Position numbers and translations under genes: made by a program. Below, in pieces: positions 47,089 to 55,826 of a DNA stretch of 64,000 nucleotides. Under the pieces are notes generated by a model that worked only from the letters and a program-made list of their open reading frames with translations, was not told the DNA's origin and did no database searches. Source of the stretch: an uncultured Poribacteria bacterium (lineage in GTDB: Bacteria > Poribacteria > WGA-4E > WGA-3G); assembly GCA_951828515.1 (NCBI GenBank), contig OX639992.1, positions 2,146,217 through 2,210,216 on the forward strand, given 5' to 3'. Position 1 is the stretch's first letter; each line of letters starts with the position of its first letter.

Positions 47089-47838
47089 TTATTTTGTGCG
47101 TTTCTTGAAGTCAGCACTTGTGAAGTTTACGGCGATATCGCCACTCGCTGTCACTTCAACGGTTTTGTTTGCTGAACCGAGTTCTTCATGCCATGCGACG
47201 ACACGGACTTTACCGGCTGGCACATCAGCGATCGAATAAGCACCGGCATCAGCGGATTTCTCATAGTCATCCGAACTGATCCATGCACCATCAGCATTTT
47301 TGTAACCCGTAACCGTGAAAAAGTTGTTAGGAACAGCGACAATGTAACCGGTCATCCATGCGTGGATATCGCATGTGAACTTAATTTCCTCAGCTTTGGC
47401 AATTTTGTGCGGGATGATTTTGCCAGGCTGTGGAATCTGATAGTTTATCGCGTCGTTCTTTTTCGCGTGAGAGTGGACGTTGTGTGCGACTGGATCACTG
47501 GAGGTAATATCAATAGTAGAGCCAGCAACAACTGCGAGAACGTGCGGGTAGTAAGCGCATGCCTTCTGGTCCATCACTGGGTTCTTATCCGGAACGACAG
47601 GTTTTGCGCCACGGACGCGAGCGTAAACAACGACGTTTTTAATACCCTTGCCCTTTGAGACAACAAGCGCATCGGACTTTGTGCCTGCTACAGCGTCAAC
47701 GCAATGTTGATCTTTAGTAGCCGTTAAGGCAGGGCGCGCGGGGGCATCGCCTTCATACATTACGGTGCCGGTGATGGTCCCTGCGAACGCAGCACTTGCA
47801 AGCATCGTGCCAACAAGCAGGGAGACGAAAATTTTCAT
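47089..47838 (-). CDS. Blue copper (cupredoxin) protein, paralog of 39380-40162
   Basis: Signal peptide. HNVH upstream His. CDIHAWM copper site. Confidence 0.5.
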   Translation of the reverse strand: MKIFVSLLVGTMLASAAFAGTITGTVMYEGDAPARPALTATKDQHCVDAVAGTKSDALVVSKGKGIKNVVVYARVRGAKPVVPDKNPVMDQKACAYYPHVLAVVAGSTIDITSSDPVAHNVHSHAKKNDAINYQIPQPGKIIPHKIAKAEEIKFTCDIHAWMTGYIVAVPNNFFTVTGYKNADGAWISSDDYEKSADAGAYSIADVPAGKVRVVAWHEELGSANKTVEVTASGDIAVNFTSADFKKRTK

Positions 47839-47937
47839 AATTTGGTTTCTCCTTATCTGTTTTAAATTTACCTACAATATATTAACACCCCAAAGTTTTA
47901 GGATGCAAATAAATAGACCTAAAAATTCACTTTCAAA

Positions 47938-48294
47938 TTACGGACGAAACATCTCCTTAATATAGGCGAGTATCTCCCGTTGTTCCTCATCACTGAGGTA
48001 ATAGTAGAACGCCGGCATATCGTCCTTTCCAGCATTGATGCTATCCAGCAATTGTTCATCACTGTGCATATCCCAGAGACCGCTGTCTGTCAGGTCTGCG
48101 GGATCCAACCTTTTGAAACGTCCGATGCGTCCGTTGCCCTCTCCGTTGTTGCCATGGCATCCAGCGCAATACCGAGCGTACTTGTATTCAACCTCCGACT
48201 GATACTTCGTACTCGGGTCAACCTGCTTAGCCAACCAGATTAAGCCGTTGAGCCATACCATAATCATGACGATAATGACCACAAGGTGTCTCAT
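47938..48294 (-). CDS. Small mono-heme cytochrome c (c6/c553-like), membrane-anchored
   Basis: N-terminal TM helix. CAGCHG. Met-rich distal region. Confidence 0.7.
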   Translation of the reverse strand: MRHLVVIIVMIMVWLNGLIWLAKQVDPSTKYQSEVEYKYARYCAGCHGNNGEGNGRIGRFKRLDPADLTDSGLWDMHSDEQLLDSINAGKDDMPAFYYYLSDEEQREILAYIKEMFRP

Positions 48295-48470
48295 TTTTTA
48301 ATTATTCCTTGCGGAGTAATAAAGGGCGTTTGAAGTGTCGGATGCGTTCCATCTATCTGAAGAAAGGGAAACGCCCTATCAAAAACCCCAAGCAAAAACA
48401 CGCAGGCGGATATGAGAAATACACGCAAAAATCTTAACACACGCAATTTCTCCGCAAGGTAAAATTAAAA
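48295..48470. mobile_element. MITE-like unit with a ~20-bp terminal inverted repeat (TTAATTATTCCTTGCGGAG ... CTCCGCAAGGTAAAATTAA) derived from the leader repeat family
   Basis: Direct reading. Lies between the start of gene 47938-48294 and the stop of gene 48471-51581. Confidence 0.55.
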
Positions 48471-51400
48471 TTAGCGTCCCAAGGAGATGAGGTAATCTCG
48501 GACGAGTCGAATCTGTTTTTCAGCATCATTGTCAACATAACCATCGAGTGGCATGTGTTGTCCACCAACGAGGGGCCATGCTTGCGGCATCGCTGTTCCG
48601 GGTTGGAACGACTGCGGATCTTTCATCCAATCAATGAGCCAATCCGCCTTGAGTCGCTCTTTCGCCAACGCAAGATCGGGGCGTCCTGCCTTGTCACTTC
48701 CTTCAGGAATAGTCTCACCTTTTGCGGGATGGCAGGAAATACACTGAAGTACGTCAAAAATCTGCTTCCCGACTCGTAACTCAGCACTCGTCGGTGTTGG
48801 CGTTTCAAGCGTTTCATAAGGGAATGGTTCATTATCAAGCGCGGAGAAGTATTTAACCAGCGTTGTCGCCTCGTCATCAGATAATCCGAATGTCGGCATC
48901 CGTACTTTGAGTCCGTATCGGATGTCTGAGGGTTCTTTGAGGAATGTAAATAACCAATCTGGATACACTCTTGCGCCTTCCGCTTTCAAGGGTGGCGGTG
49001 CCACTTGCTTGGCAACCATCTCGCTCAACCCTTCATGTGCGATGATAACATCCTGATAATCACCGCCCGCGCCTTCAATCTCGTGGCATCCGGTGCAGTT
49101 ATATTTCTTGACCAATCGCCTACCCGCATCAATGTCGTTCAATTTCTCGGATCGGTTATGGATATAACTCAGCGGATACTGCTCCGGTTGAAAACTCTTC
49201 AAAAGCACGGCGATCGCTCTCGCGTCTTCATCGCTAATCTGGAAGACTGGCATCCGAGAAACAATCCGGCGGGTTTGATAACGTCGTGGATTGGTAACTT
49301 TACCGAGCGTCCACCCCGTCCAACTGTGTTCAATGCCCACCGTGTCGCCGAAGTCAAGTTCATCAGCGAATTTCGCGCCGAATTCGCCGAGATCCGCACC
49401 GACTTTTGACTCATTCTCAAAACCGGGAATCGTGTGACAACCGAAACATCCATAAGTCCTGACGAGTGCTTCACCTTCCGCTACATCTACTTCGCCGATG
49501 GATTCGGTAACTGCGTTGGTCGTTGCTTGCTGTAAACTCATCAGATAGGCGACGACGTTGTCAAGTTCGCCGGCACTTAACCGCAAACTCGGCATACTCG
49601 TATCCGGGTCATACGCTTTTGGATCGCTAATCCACTGGTGGAGGTAACTCGCCGTAACCTTTGTGCCAACACTGTCAAGTGCCGGGGCAAAATCACTCCC
49701 TAACCCATCGACGGCATGACATGTGAGGCAACCAACAGTTTTGACGGTTTCCTCGCCTGCTTTAATAGCACTTTCGGATGTGGAATACTTGGAATTGGAT
49801 GCATCCAATTCCGCATCATTCATCGCAGCAAGGTAAGCCGAGATAGATTTCACCTCATCAACAATGCGGAGGACATAGCTATCAGGGTAAGGATACTCTG
49901 TGCCATCGTCTGTTTTAATGACAATACCATTGGCTGTTTTGGTAACAACCCCGGTGCGCATCCCACCGTTTTTAAGGTAGACGATCTGCGTCATACCGTC
50001 GGCTGGGAAGAAATTCGGCATTTTCGCATTTGATAGATAAGCTTCAGGGTTCTTAATCCAACTTTCAAGCCATGCTGTATCTTTCACCTTACTGCCGACT
50101 TTTGCCAAGGATGGACCAACTTTGGCGATGTTATCGAGGGCACTATACCCTTCAACAGCGTGACATCCGTGGCATCCAAGGTCTTCAAAGAGTGCCAATC
50201 CCTTCGTCAAATTCGGTGCATAGTCTTGTGGTTCATCCGTTTCAGGATTCACACCGTAATCTAACATCATCACGCCATCGTGACAGCGGCGGCAGTTAGA
50301 CTCCATATACCCTTCTGTTTCTTCAGATGTTCTGCCGGTATGTTCATCTAATCCGAGGACAGGGGTGAGCCAGTATTCAGCGTGCGTCAAGGCGTGGGCG
50401 GATTTCGCTGTGAGTGCTTGACCTTGCCCACCATGGCACGGGGTACACCCGAACCTATCAACCGGATGCTTGTCGAGAAGCACATCGCGGTGGGGATGCG
50501 TCTGAAGGACAGGACGATAGCCGGTCTCATAAGAGATTTCAATTTCACCGAAGACATCCACGTCACTGAAGGTAAGCGTGCCATTTTCCTCTAATGTATA
50601 TTCATCCGCTTCTGCGTCAAATCCATCTATTATAACACTCTCACTACCGACCTTAACGCTTGCGTGCTTGAGACGATGTATAACAGGATTTTCGCCATCA
50701 CCTTCCACCTCAAACATCTCTTGTCCGGACTGTTCGTAACCCTCTTTATCAGCGGAGAAGTGACAGGTAGCACACCGATCTGCGGTATGATTAAAGTCTT
50801 CAAGATAGTATTGAACGATGGTTCGTGTTTCACGGAAAGGATTTTCTAACAGACTCCCCAAGAAGGTTCGCTTAATACCGCCGACCGAATGCAGTTTTTC
50901 TTCAAGGCGCGTAACTTCTTCGTGTTGTGCTTTGTCGGCTTGCAATGATTGAAAGGATGCTTGTGCGGCGGCGATACCCGCAGTAATTTCCGTATCCGTA
51001 GGATTATATTTCTGGGCGATGAGATAGGTGCTGAGGGCACTCTGTGCGTCCCCATTGGTTTGATAAAATTGCGCCAAAGCCTTGTTCGCATTTGCAAAGG
51101 TTGCTTCTGCGTTCAAAACGGCTTCGGTGAGTTCGCCTTCAATTTGGGACTCATAATCCGCTAATTTTTCCTGCCATCTATCAACGGTAGCATTGTGTTT
51201 ACCCTTCGCTTCATGGAGACTATGCTGATATTTATAGTTAATGGCATCGGATTCGCTCTGTCGGAATTTGCGTTCTTGCAGTGCTTCTTCTACGGCGACC
51301 TGAGCGTCCCTGACTTCCTTCGTTAACCGACCAAGTTCCTTTGCGTCAGGTTCTTGAGGTGTGGGGAGTTCAGGCAAAGCCAATTGTGCATTCTCTAATT

Positions 51401-51581
51401 CCGCGCTTGTTTTCTCATACTCATATTGATAAAATTGCTGCTGGACCTGCTTCCACGGACGACGAGTAATCATCTCATCCCAGAATCCCCATATCGTCAC
51501 CAGTCCTAACAATCCGGACAAAATAAAGAACAAAGCAGAATACGACTTACTCTCAGCAGGAATTTCCTTTTTGCTCCTCAC
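48471..51581 (-). CDS. Octaheme c-type cytochrome with N-terminal TM helix and a ~250-aa coiled-coil region
   Basis: Eight CxxCH sites (CATCH, CTPCH, CRRCH, CHGCH, CLTCH, CFGCH, CTGCH, CISCH). Heptad-like E/K/Q-rich N-terminal segment. Confidence 0.7.
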   Translation of the reverse strand: MRSKKEIPAESKSYSALFFILSGLLGLVTIWGFWDEMITRRPWKQVQQQFYQYEYEKTSAELENAQLALPELPTPQEPDAKELGRLTKEVRDAQVAVEEALQERKFRQSESDAINYKYQHSLHEAKGKHNATVDRWQEKLADYESQIEGELTEAVLNAEATFANANKALAQFYQTNGDAQSALSTYLIAQKYNPTDTEITAGIAAAQASFQSLQADKAQHEEVTRLEEKLHSVGGIKRTFLGSLLENPFRETRTIVQYYLEDFNHTADRCATCHFSADKEGYEQSGQEMFEVEGDGENPVIHRLKHASVKVGSESVIIDGFDAEADEYTLEENGTLTFSDVDVFGEIEISYETGYRPVLQTHPHRDVLLDKHPVDRFGCTPCHGGQGQALTAKSAHALTHAEYWLTPVLGLDEHTGRTSEETEGYMESNCRRCHDGVMMLDYGVNPETDEPQDYAPNLTKGLALFEDLGCHGCHAVEGYSALDNIAKVGPSLAKVGSKVKDTAWLESWIKNPEAYLSNAKMPNFFPADGMTQIVYLKNGGMRTGVVTKTANGIVIKTDDGTEYPYPDSYVLRIVDEVKSISAYLAAMNDAELDASNSKYSTSESAIKAGEETVKTVGCLTCHAVDGLGSDFAPALDSVGTKVTASYLHQWISDPKAYDPDTSMPSLRLSAGELDNVVAYLMSLQQATTNAVTESIGEVDVAEGEALVRTYGCFGCHTIPGFENESKVGADLGEFGAKFADELDFGDTVGIEHSWTGWTLGKVTNPRRYQTRRIVSRMPVFQISDEDARAIAVLLKSFQPEQYPLSYIHNRSEKLNDIDAGRRLVKKYNCTGCHEIEGAGGDYQDVIIAHEGLSEMVAKQVAPPPLKAEGARVYPDWLFTFLKEPSDIRYGLKVRMPTFGLSDDEATTLVKYFSALDNEPFPYETLETPTPTSAELRVGKQIFDVLQCISCHPAKGETIPEGSDKAGRPDLALAKERLKADWLIDWMKDPQSFQPGTAMPQAWPLVGGQHMPLDGYVDNDAEKQIRLVRDYLISLGR

Positions 51582-51609
51582 GAAATTTTCTCCCTTTTTC
51601 TAATTTCCC

Positions 51610-52476
51610 TTAAACATTGAACCACGGGGATACCCAGATGTATTTTACATTCAAAACCACACGCAGAATCATTTTTATCGGCAGCGCGAGCATGGTTAAG
51701 AACAGAAATGAAACGACGATATATCGGACAAGACCCAGTTCCTGTAAGAACTGGCTACTTTTAGACTTCCATAAGTAGAAAAGGGGACCGATTGCAAAAT
51801 AGCCTGCAACCATCACGAACCCGAAAAAGTTCGCGGTATCCGCATCACGGATGCCGAAAAGATACGACAAATTCACATTTGTCAACGGGACAACGAGATG
51901 TGGATCCCACGCTTCCCATGGCGCAAAGAAGTTCCATCCGGGACCTCTCAGGAATGTCCCAACGACCATCAGAACGATCCATAAAATGATAAATCCGAAA
52001 CAGAATACTCCAAGCGCGAAGGGACGCTCTTTTATTGTGTAATATCCCTTGCCCTTCGGATTGATGTCAATGTACGGAATAGCAACCAGGCCTGCGATGA
52101 TCAGTCCAGGGAGCACCACTCCAGCAATCCACGGATCGAAATAAACGAGCATTTCCTGAAGTGCCAGGAAATACCACGGTGCTTTAGAAGGGTTCGGTGT
52201 CTTCGTCGGATCACTGGGTTCCTCAAGCGGTGCATCAATCATAATCGACCACACACCGAGCACGAGCATCACGATAATAGCGCAGATAAACTCATTCCGG
52301 CACAGATAGGGCCACACGTAAACCTTATCGTTAAGAGCGGCATCCGAGGGGACACCTGTTTTGTCCGTCTGGCGTGCCTGCCGGTATGAAAGCCAGATGA
52401 AATAAGGTATCAAAAAGAGAATAGCAACAATGGGGACATTATCCGGCTTTGTCACCAATGCTATAAGATGCTCCAT
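51610..52476 (-). CDS. Cytochrome b C-terminal domain protein (b6f subunit IV / PetD-like)
   Basis: PEWY-type motif (APWYFLALQEML). Three to four TM helices. Confidence 0.7.
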   Translation of the reverse strand: MEHLIALVTKPDNVPIVAILFLIPYFIWLSYRQARQTDKTGVPSDAALNDKVYVWPYLCRNEFICAIIVMLVLGVWSIMIDAPLEEPSDPTKTPNPSKAPWYFLALQEMLVYFDPWIAGVVLPGLIIAGLVAIPYIDINPKGKGYYTIKERPFALGVFCFGFIILWIVLMVVGTFLRGPGWNFFAPWEAWDPHLVVPLTNVNLSYLFGIRDADTANFFGFVMVAGYFAIGPLFYLWKSKSSQFLQELGLVRYIVVSFLFLTMLALPIKMILRVVLNVKYIWVSPWFNV

Positions 52477-52524
52477 ATTCGTCTGCTCCTTTTCATAGCC
52501 ATCAGTATGGATTTTTTCAAAAAT

Positions 52525-52665
52525 CCTTTCAGTTATCAGCCGTCAGTCTCAAGAGATGCGGATGCATCATAACTCTCTTAACTCAGATTCTCCCACGCTC
52601 TTCAAAAGCTTTGTATCAGTAGGCGTGGGTGAGTCTGGGCTGACTACTGACGGCTGATAGCTATT
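52525..52665. mobile_element. MITE-like element with a perfect 13-bp TIR (ATCAGCCGTCAGT / ACTGACGGCTGAT) between the two cytochrome b genes
   Basis: Direct reading. Confidence 0.6.
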
Positions 52666-53436
52666 TTATAGAGGTCCAGAGATACCACCGTCTTTACGGA
52701 CTCGCCAGAAATGTAAAGCCATTAGGACGCTTGCCAACAGAGGCACCGCAACGCAGTGTAAAATATAGAACCTCAATAACGTTGAGGGTCCTACGATCGT
52801 ACCCGCCAGCAGCGCGAATCGAACATCGTTGGATTGTGTGATGTCCTGTGGGGCGAATGGACCTTCATGCCCCAAAACCGGTGTCGCACGTGCCATGTTC
52901 GTGCCGACAGTCACAGCCCAAAATGCCAGTTGATCCCACGGTAACAGATAGCCCGTGAAACTCAGGAAAAATGTCACAAGCAACAAAATAACCCCGACTG
53001 CCCAGTTGAATTCTCGAGGCTTCTTATAGGAACCGGTCAAGAAAACCCGGAACATGTGCAGCATCACCGAGATAACCATTCCGTGTGCCGCCCAGCGGTG
53101 CATGTTCCGCAGGAGCATGCCAAACGGAATGTCAAATTCGAGGTACTGGACATCGTGGAAGGCGTATTCAGCTGTTGGTCGATAATAGAACATCAGAAGT
53201 ACGCCAGTGACGGCTGTCACGAGGAACATGAGGAAAGTGATACCGCCCATGCACCATGTAAATCGGAAGTTCAACGCGTGGCGAGAAATCCGGGGAGGAT
53301 GGAGATGTAACCAGACGTTTTGGAGGACCTGTAAGGTATAACGGCGCCCAGTGTCTTCATATCCGTGGCGGAACATAGAGCGCCAAATGTCGGAATTCGT
53401 AATCTTTTCTTTGAGCCCTTTACGTTCTTCGTTCAT
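52666..53436 (-). CDS. Cytochrome b N-terminal domain protein (b6-like, split cytochrome b)
   Basis: Heme-ligand His pairs in helices B and D (RNMHRWAAHGMV...HMFRV ; GYLLPWDQLAFWA). Confidence 0.8.
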   Translation of the reverse strand: MNEERKGLKEKITNSDIWRSMFRHGYEDTGRRYTLQVLQNVWLHLHPPRISRHALNFRFTWCMGGITFLMFLVTAVTGVLLMFYYRPTAEYAFHDVQYLEFDIPFGMLLRNMHRWAAHGMVISVMLHMFRVFLTGSYKKPREFNWAVGVILLLVTFFLSFTGYLLPWDQLAFWAVTVGTNMARATPVLGHEGPFAPQDITQSNDVRFALLAGTIVGPSTLLRFYILHCVAVPLLASVLMALHFWRVRKDGGISGPL

Positions 53437-53551
53437 ATTTTTTTAGCAAATTTCGACGTGGACGTTGCGATACTGGCTTTGAAACTGCGCCCTACAACGC
53501 CGAAACGCCTTTTCTACCTGACGGGAGCCAGGCACAAATGCTCTCCTTTCT

Positions 53552-54040
53552 TCAGACCTTCAAAAAGGAGCCTGGGTCGGTCCACTGCCCCTTCTCACCT
53601 AAAAACTTCACAGACTTGTCGATTTCGAGCTGTCCATCTTCTGCCAAAATAATTTTAACACGTTCAAGGGGTCGTGGCGCAGGACCTTCGTAGTTAACGC
53701 CCTCTCGATCGAAACCGCTGCCGTGACATGGGCACTTGAATTTGTTCTCAGAACCGAGCCAGCGCGGCGTGCACCCGAGGTGTGTGCAAATCGTTAAGAG
53801 CGCGTAGAACTCGCCGTCTTGCTTCCGGACAATCCAAACACCAAACGGCTCTTTTTTGAATTTTTCGCTAACGCTACCCGGTGGATATTCTGCTGGAAAT
53901 CCTGCTTTAAAAACAGAGGAGGGTTCAAACAGCACACGTGGATACAAATACCGAACCAATCCCGGTCCGAAGGTCAACCCCAATGCAGCAACGAAATTCC
54001 CCCAGCCGAGAAATTTAAAAAATTTACGTCGAGATACCAC
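53552..54040 (-). CDS. Rieske [2Fe-2S] iron-sulfur protein
   Basis: CTHLGC ... CPCHGS boxes. N-terminal TM anchor. Confidence 0.85.
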   Translation of the reverse strand: MVSRRKFFKFLGWGNFVAALGLTFGPGLVRYLYPRVLFEPSSVFKAGFPAEYPPGSVSEKFKKEPFGVWIVRKQDGEFYALLTICTHLGCTPRWLGSENKFKCPCHGSGFDREGVNYEGPAPRPLERVKIILAEDGQLEIDKSVKFLGEKGQWTDPGSFLKV

Positions 54041-54107
54041 TTATACCCCCGATCTTGTAGGATAACGCTTACGCGCTACACCCACGAATTAAAGGTAAAT
54101 CGCAAAC

Positions 54108-54137
54108 ATTATAACCCAAATTTGAAATAAATGTCAC
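54108..54137 (-). promoter_or_regulatory. Candidate sigma70 promoter of the respiratory operon (-35 GTGACA, 18-bp spacer, -10 TATAAT)
   Basis: Read on the minus strand ~65 nt upstream of the Rieske ATG. Confidence 0.4.
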
Positions 54138-54499
54138 CAAAATCTTTCCGCATTTGGAAGCCTGTTCTGCACAAACTGGACCCACGCATCAATTCCAGAG
54201 GGGTTCAATCGAAAGCACACTAAAACCCCATCACCGCAATATTCGCGCATGAGCGTTAATTATTATAACATGTCTTGAAAAGTTTGTCAACCAATTTTTA
54301 AATTTTCTTAGGGCATTCAGTTTTCAGCAATCAGGGGTCAGTAAGAATCGCGAGCACAACTCGCTCCTATAGCGAGGTATCCGAAATTGGAGGCACTTCC
54401 TACAAGAGAACTCAATGACCTTAAGAAATCGTAAAATTATCCATTTCTTCAGTGTCAAAACTCCATCCTTTAGAGTGGAGATGTAGACGCTGTTTCTCC

Positions 54500-54528
54500 T
54501 TGAAATAATGTGTTGCGTGTGCTATAAT
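54500..54528 (+). promoter_or_regulatory. Near-consensus sigma70 promoter (TTGAAA, 17-bp spacer, TATAAT) ~410 nt upstream of the LamG gene
   Basis: Direct reading. Would generate a long leader or an independent sRNA. Confidence 0.45.
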
Positions 54529-54938
54529 ACTTTTAGAGTGTAAGGTTGCTATAGAGGGTTGTTACACACCTCTAAGGTTAGATGCCTATAGTGTAAAGCT
54601 CTAATATCTAAGACCCTGAAAGTTGTAGCTTACAGTCGTTAGTAGGGAAAGACAGGTGATGCTGAATCCCTTTTGAAATATACGACTCAAAACTTTTCGT
54701 AAGGTGCTTTTTAGCACGCAGTCAGGATAGTGTCTGTTGCAGGAGGCTGTGTAAGACTTTTGTAAAAAAGCGACGGTCGTTGATCGCACGAATGCTTCTG
54801 CAAAGATGGTTTTGTAGAAGCCACATGCTTTAGCATGTGGTCTATCACGTTCAATTCTCCAACGATTTGTGTTAAAATCTAACCCAGAAATTTCCCAGTT
54901 TTCAGAAATCAATAACCCACAAACAAAGGAGAACCGAG

Positions 54939-55727
54939 ATGATTCGTTTTACAATCAGTTTAATAATGGTAGGTTTCATGTGTGCGCAAGTCAGCAACGC
55001 TGAAATCGACCCGAACACTATCGTCGGCGCGTGGTTATTCGATGAAACAGGTGGAAAAGTCGCCAAAGATTCATCCGACAATGGCAACGACGGCGACCTC
55101 GTCGGTGGTGCGAAATGGGCAAAGGGTAAATTTGGTAACGCCATTGAACTCAACGGTAAGGACGCTTGGGTCACTGTGCCAGAGATTGAACCGCTTGAGG
55201 ACTTTACGCTCATGAAATGGTTCAATTCGACAGGTAGGGTTGGATTGTGGAGATGCTTCTTCAATCGTGACGGTTGGGCTGCCGGATACGTCCATTATCA
55301 ATTCCGTCCGGACAACAAGATGGAAATGGCTATTCACTCTAATGCCCCAGTCCGACATCCGGGGTGGCCTGATTCGGATTTCACGGCGGACAAAGACATC
55401 TTGGATGAATGGTTTCATCTCGCAGTTGCCTACAGCAGCAACGATGAAGAGGTTCGCGTCTACTTCGATGGCGAACTTGACGCAGAGGGTAAATGGGGAC
55501 CTTTGCCAGGAGAATTTGGACCCGGACGGATCGGCTCCTGGGATGGTGGCGGCAGAGAATGGGAGGGTCTGTTCGACGAAATGCTACTCTTCGATGTCGC
55601 ACTGGAGGCAGACGACATTCAGATGCTCATGGATAACGGGTTAGAAGCCACGCTTGCTGTCGAACCGGCGGGTAAACTTACCACAAGTTGGGGGGAACTT
55701 AAGTTAGGACGGACACACAGTAGGTAG
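54939..55727 (+). CDS. Secreted LamG-like domain protein with C-terminal GKLTTSWGELK tail
   Basis: Signal peptide. LamG N-terminus (IVGAWLFDETGGKVAKDSSDNGNDGDL). SD AAAGGAGAA. Confidence 0.65.
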   Translation: MIRFTISLIMVGFMCAQVSNAEIDPNTIVGAWLFDETGGKVAKDSSDNGNDGDLVGGAKWAKGKFGNAIELNGKDAWVTVPEIEPLEDFTLMKWFNSTGRVGLWRCFFNRDGWAAGYVHYQFRPDNKMEMAIHSNAPVRHPGWPDSDFTADKDILDEWFHLAVAYSSNDEEVRVYFDGELDAEGKWGPLPGEFGPGRIGSWDGGGREWEGLFDEMLLFDVALEADDIQMLMDNGLEATLAVEPAGKLTTSWGELKLGRTHSR

Positions 55728-55826
55728 GCAGGAACGCAGCACAGACAATCTCCGATAGGCGCGCTTCCACGCGCGCCCGGAGATTCTGCTCCGCTGCTTG
55801 ACTGTCATTTGCGTGTCCATAGTTCG

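Noticed and set aside
48471-51581. 1036-aa protein considered as ActB of alternative complex III
   Set aside because: It contains eight CxxCH heme c sites. It has no Fe-S Cys clusters, molybdopterin-like domain or TAT signal. It is called a multiheme cytochrome instead.
54601-55264. Minus-strand ORFs 54601-54912 and 54902-55264
   Set aside because: The second overlaps the well-supported LamG gene. The first lies in the AT-rich non-coding region and has no SD or motifs.
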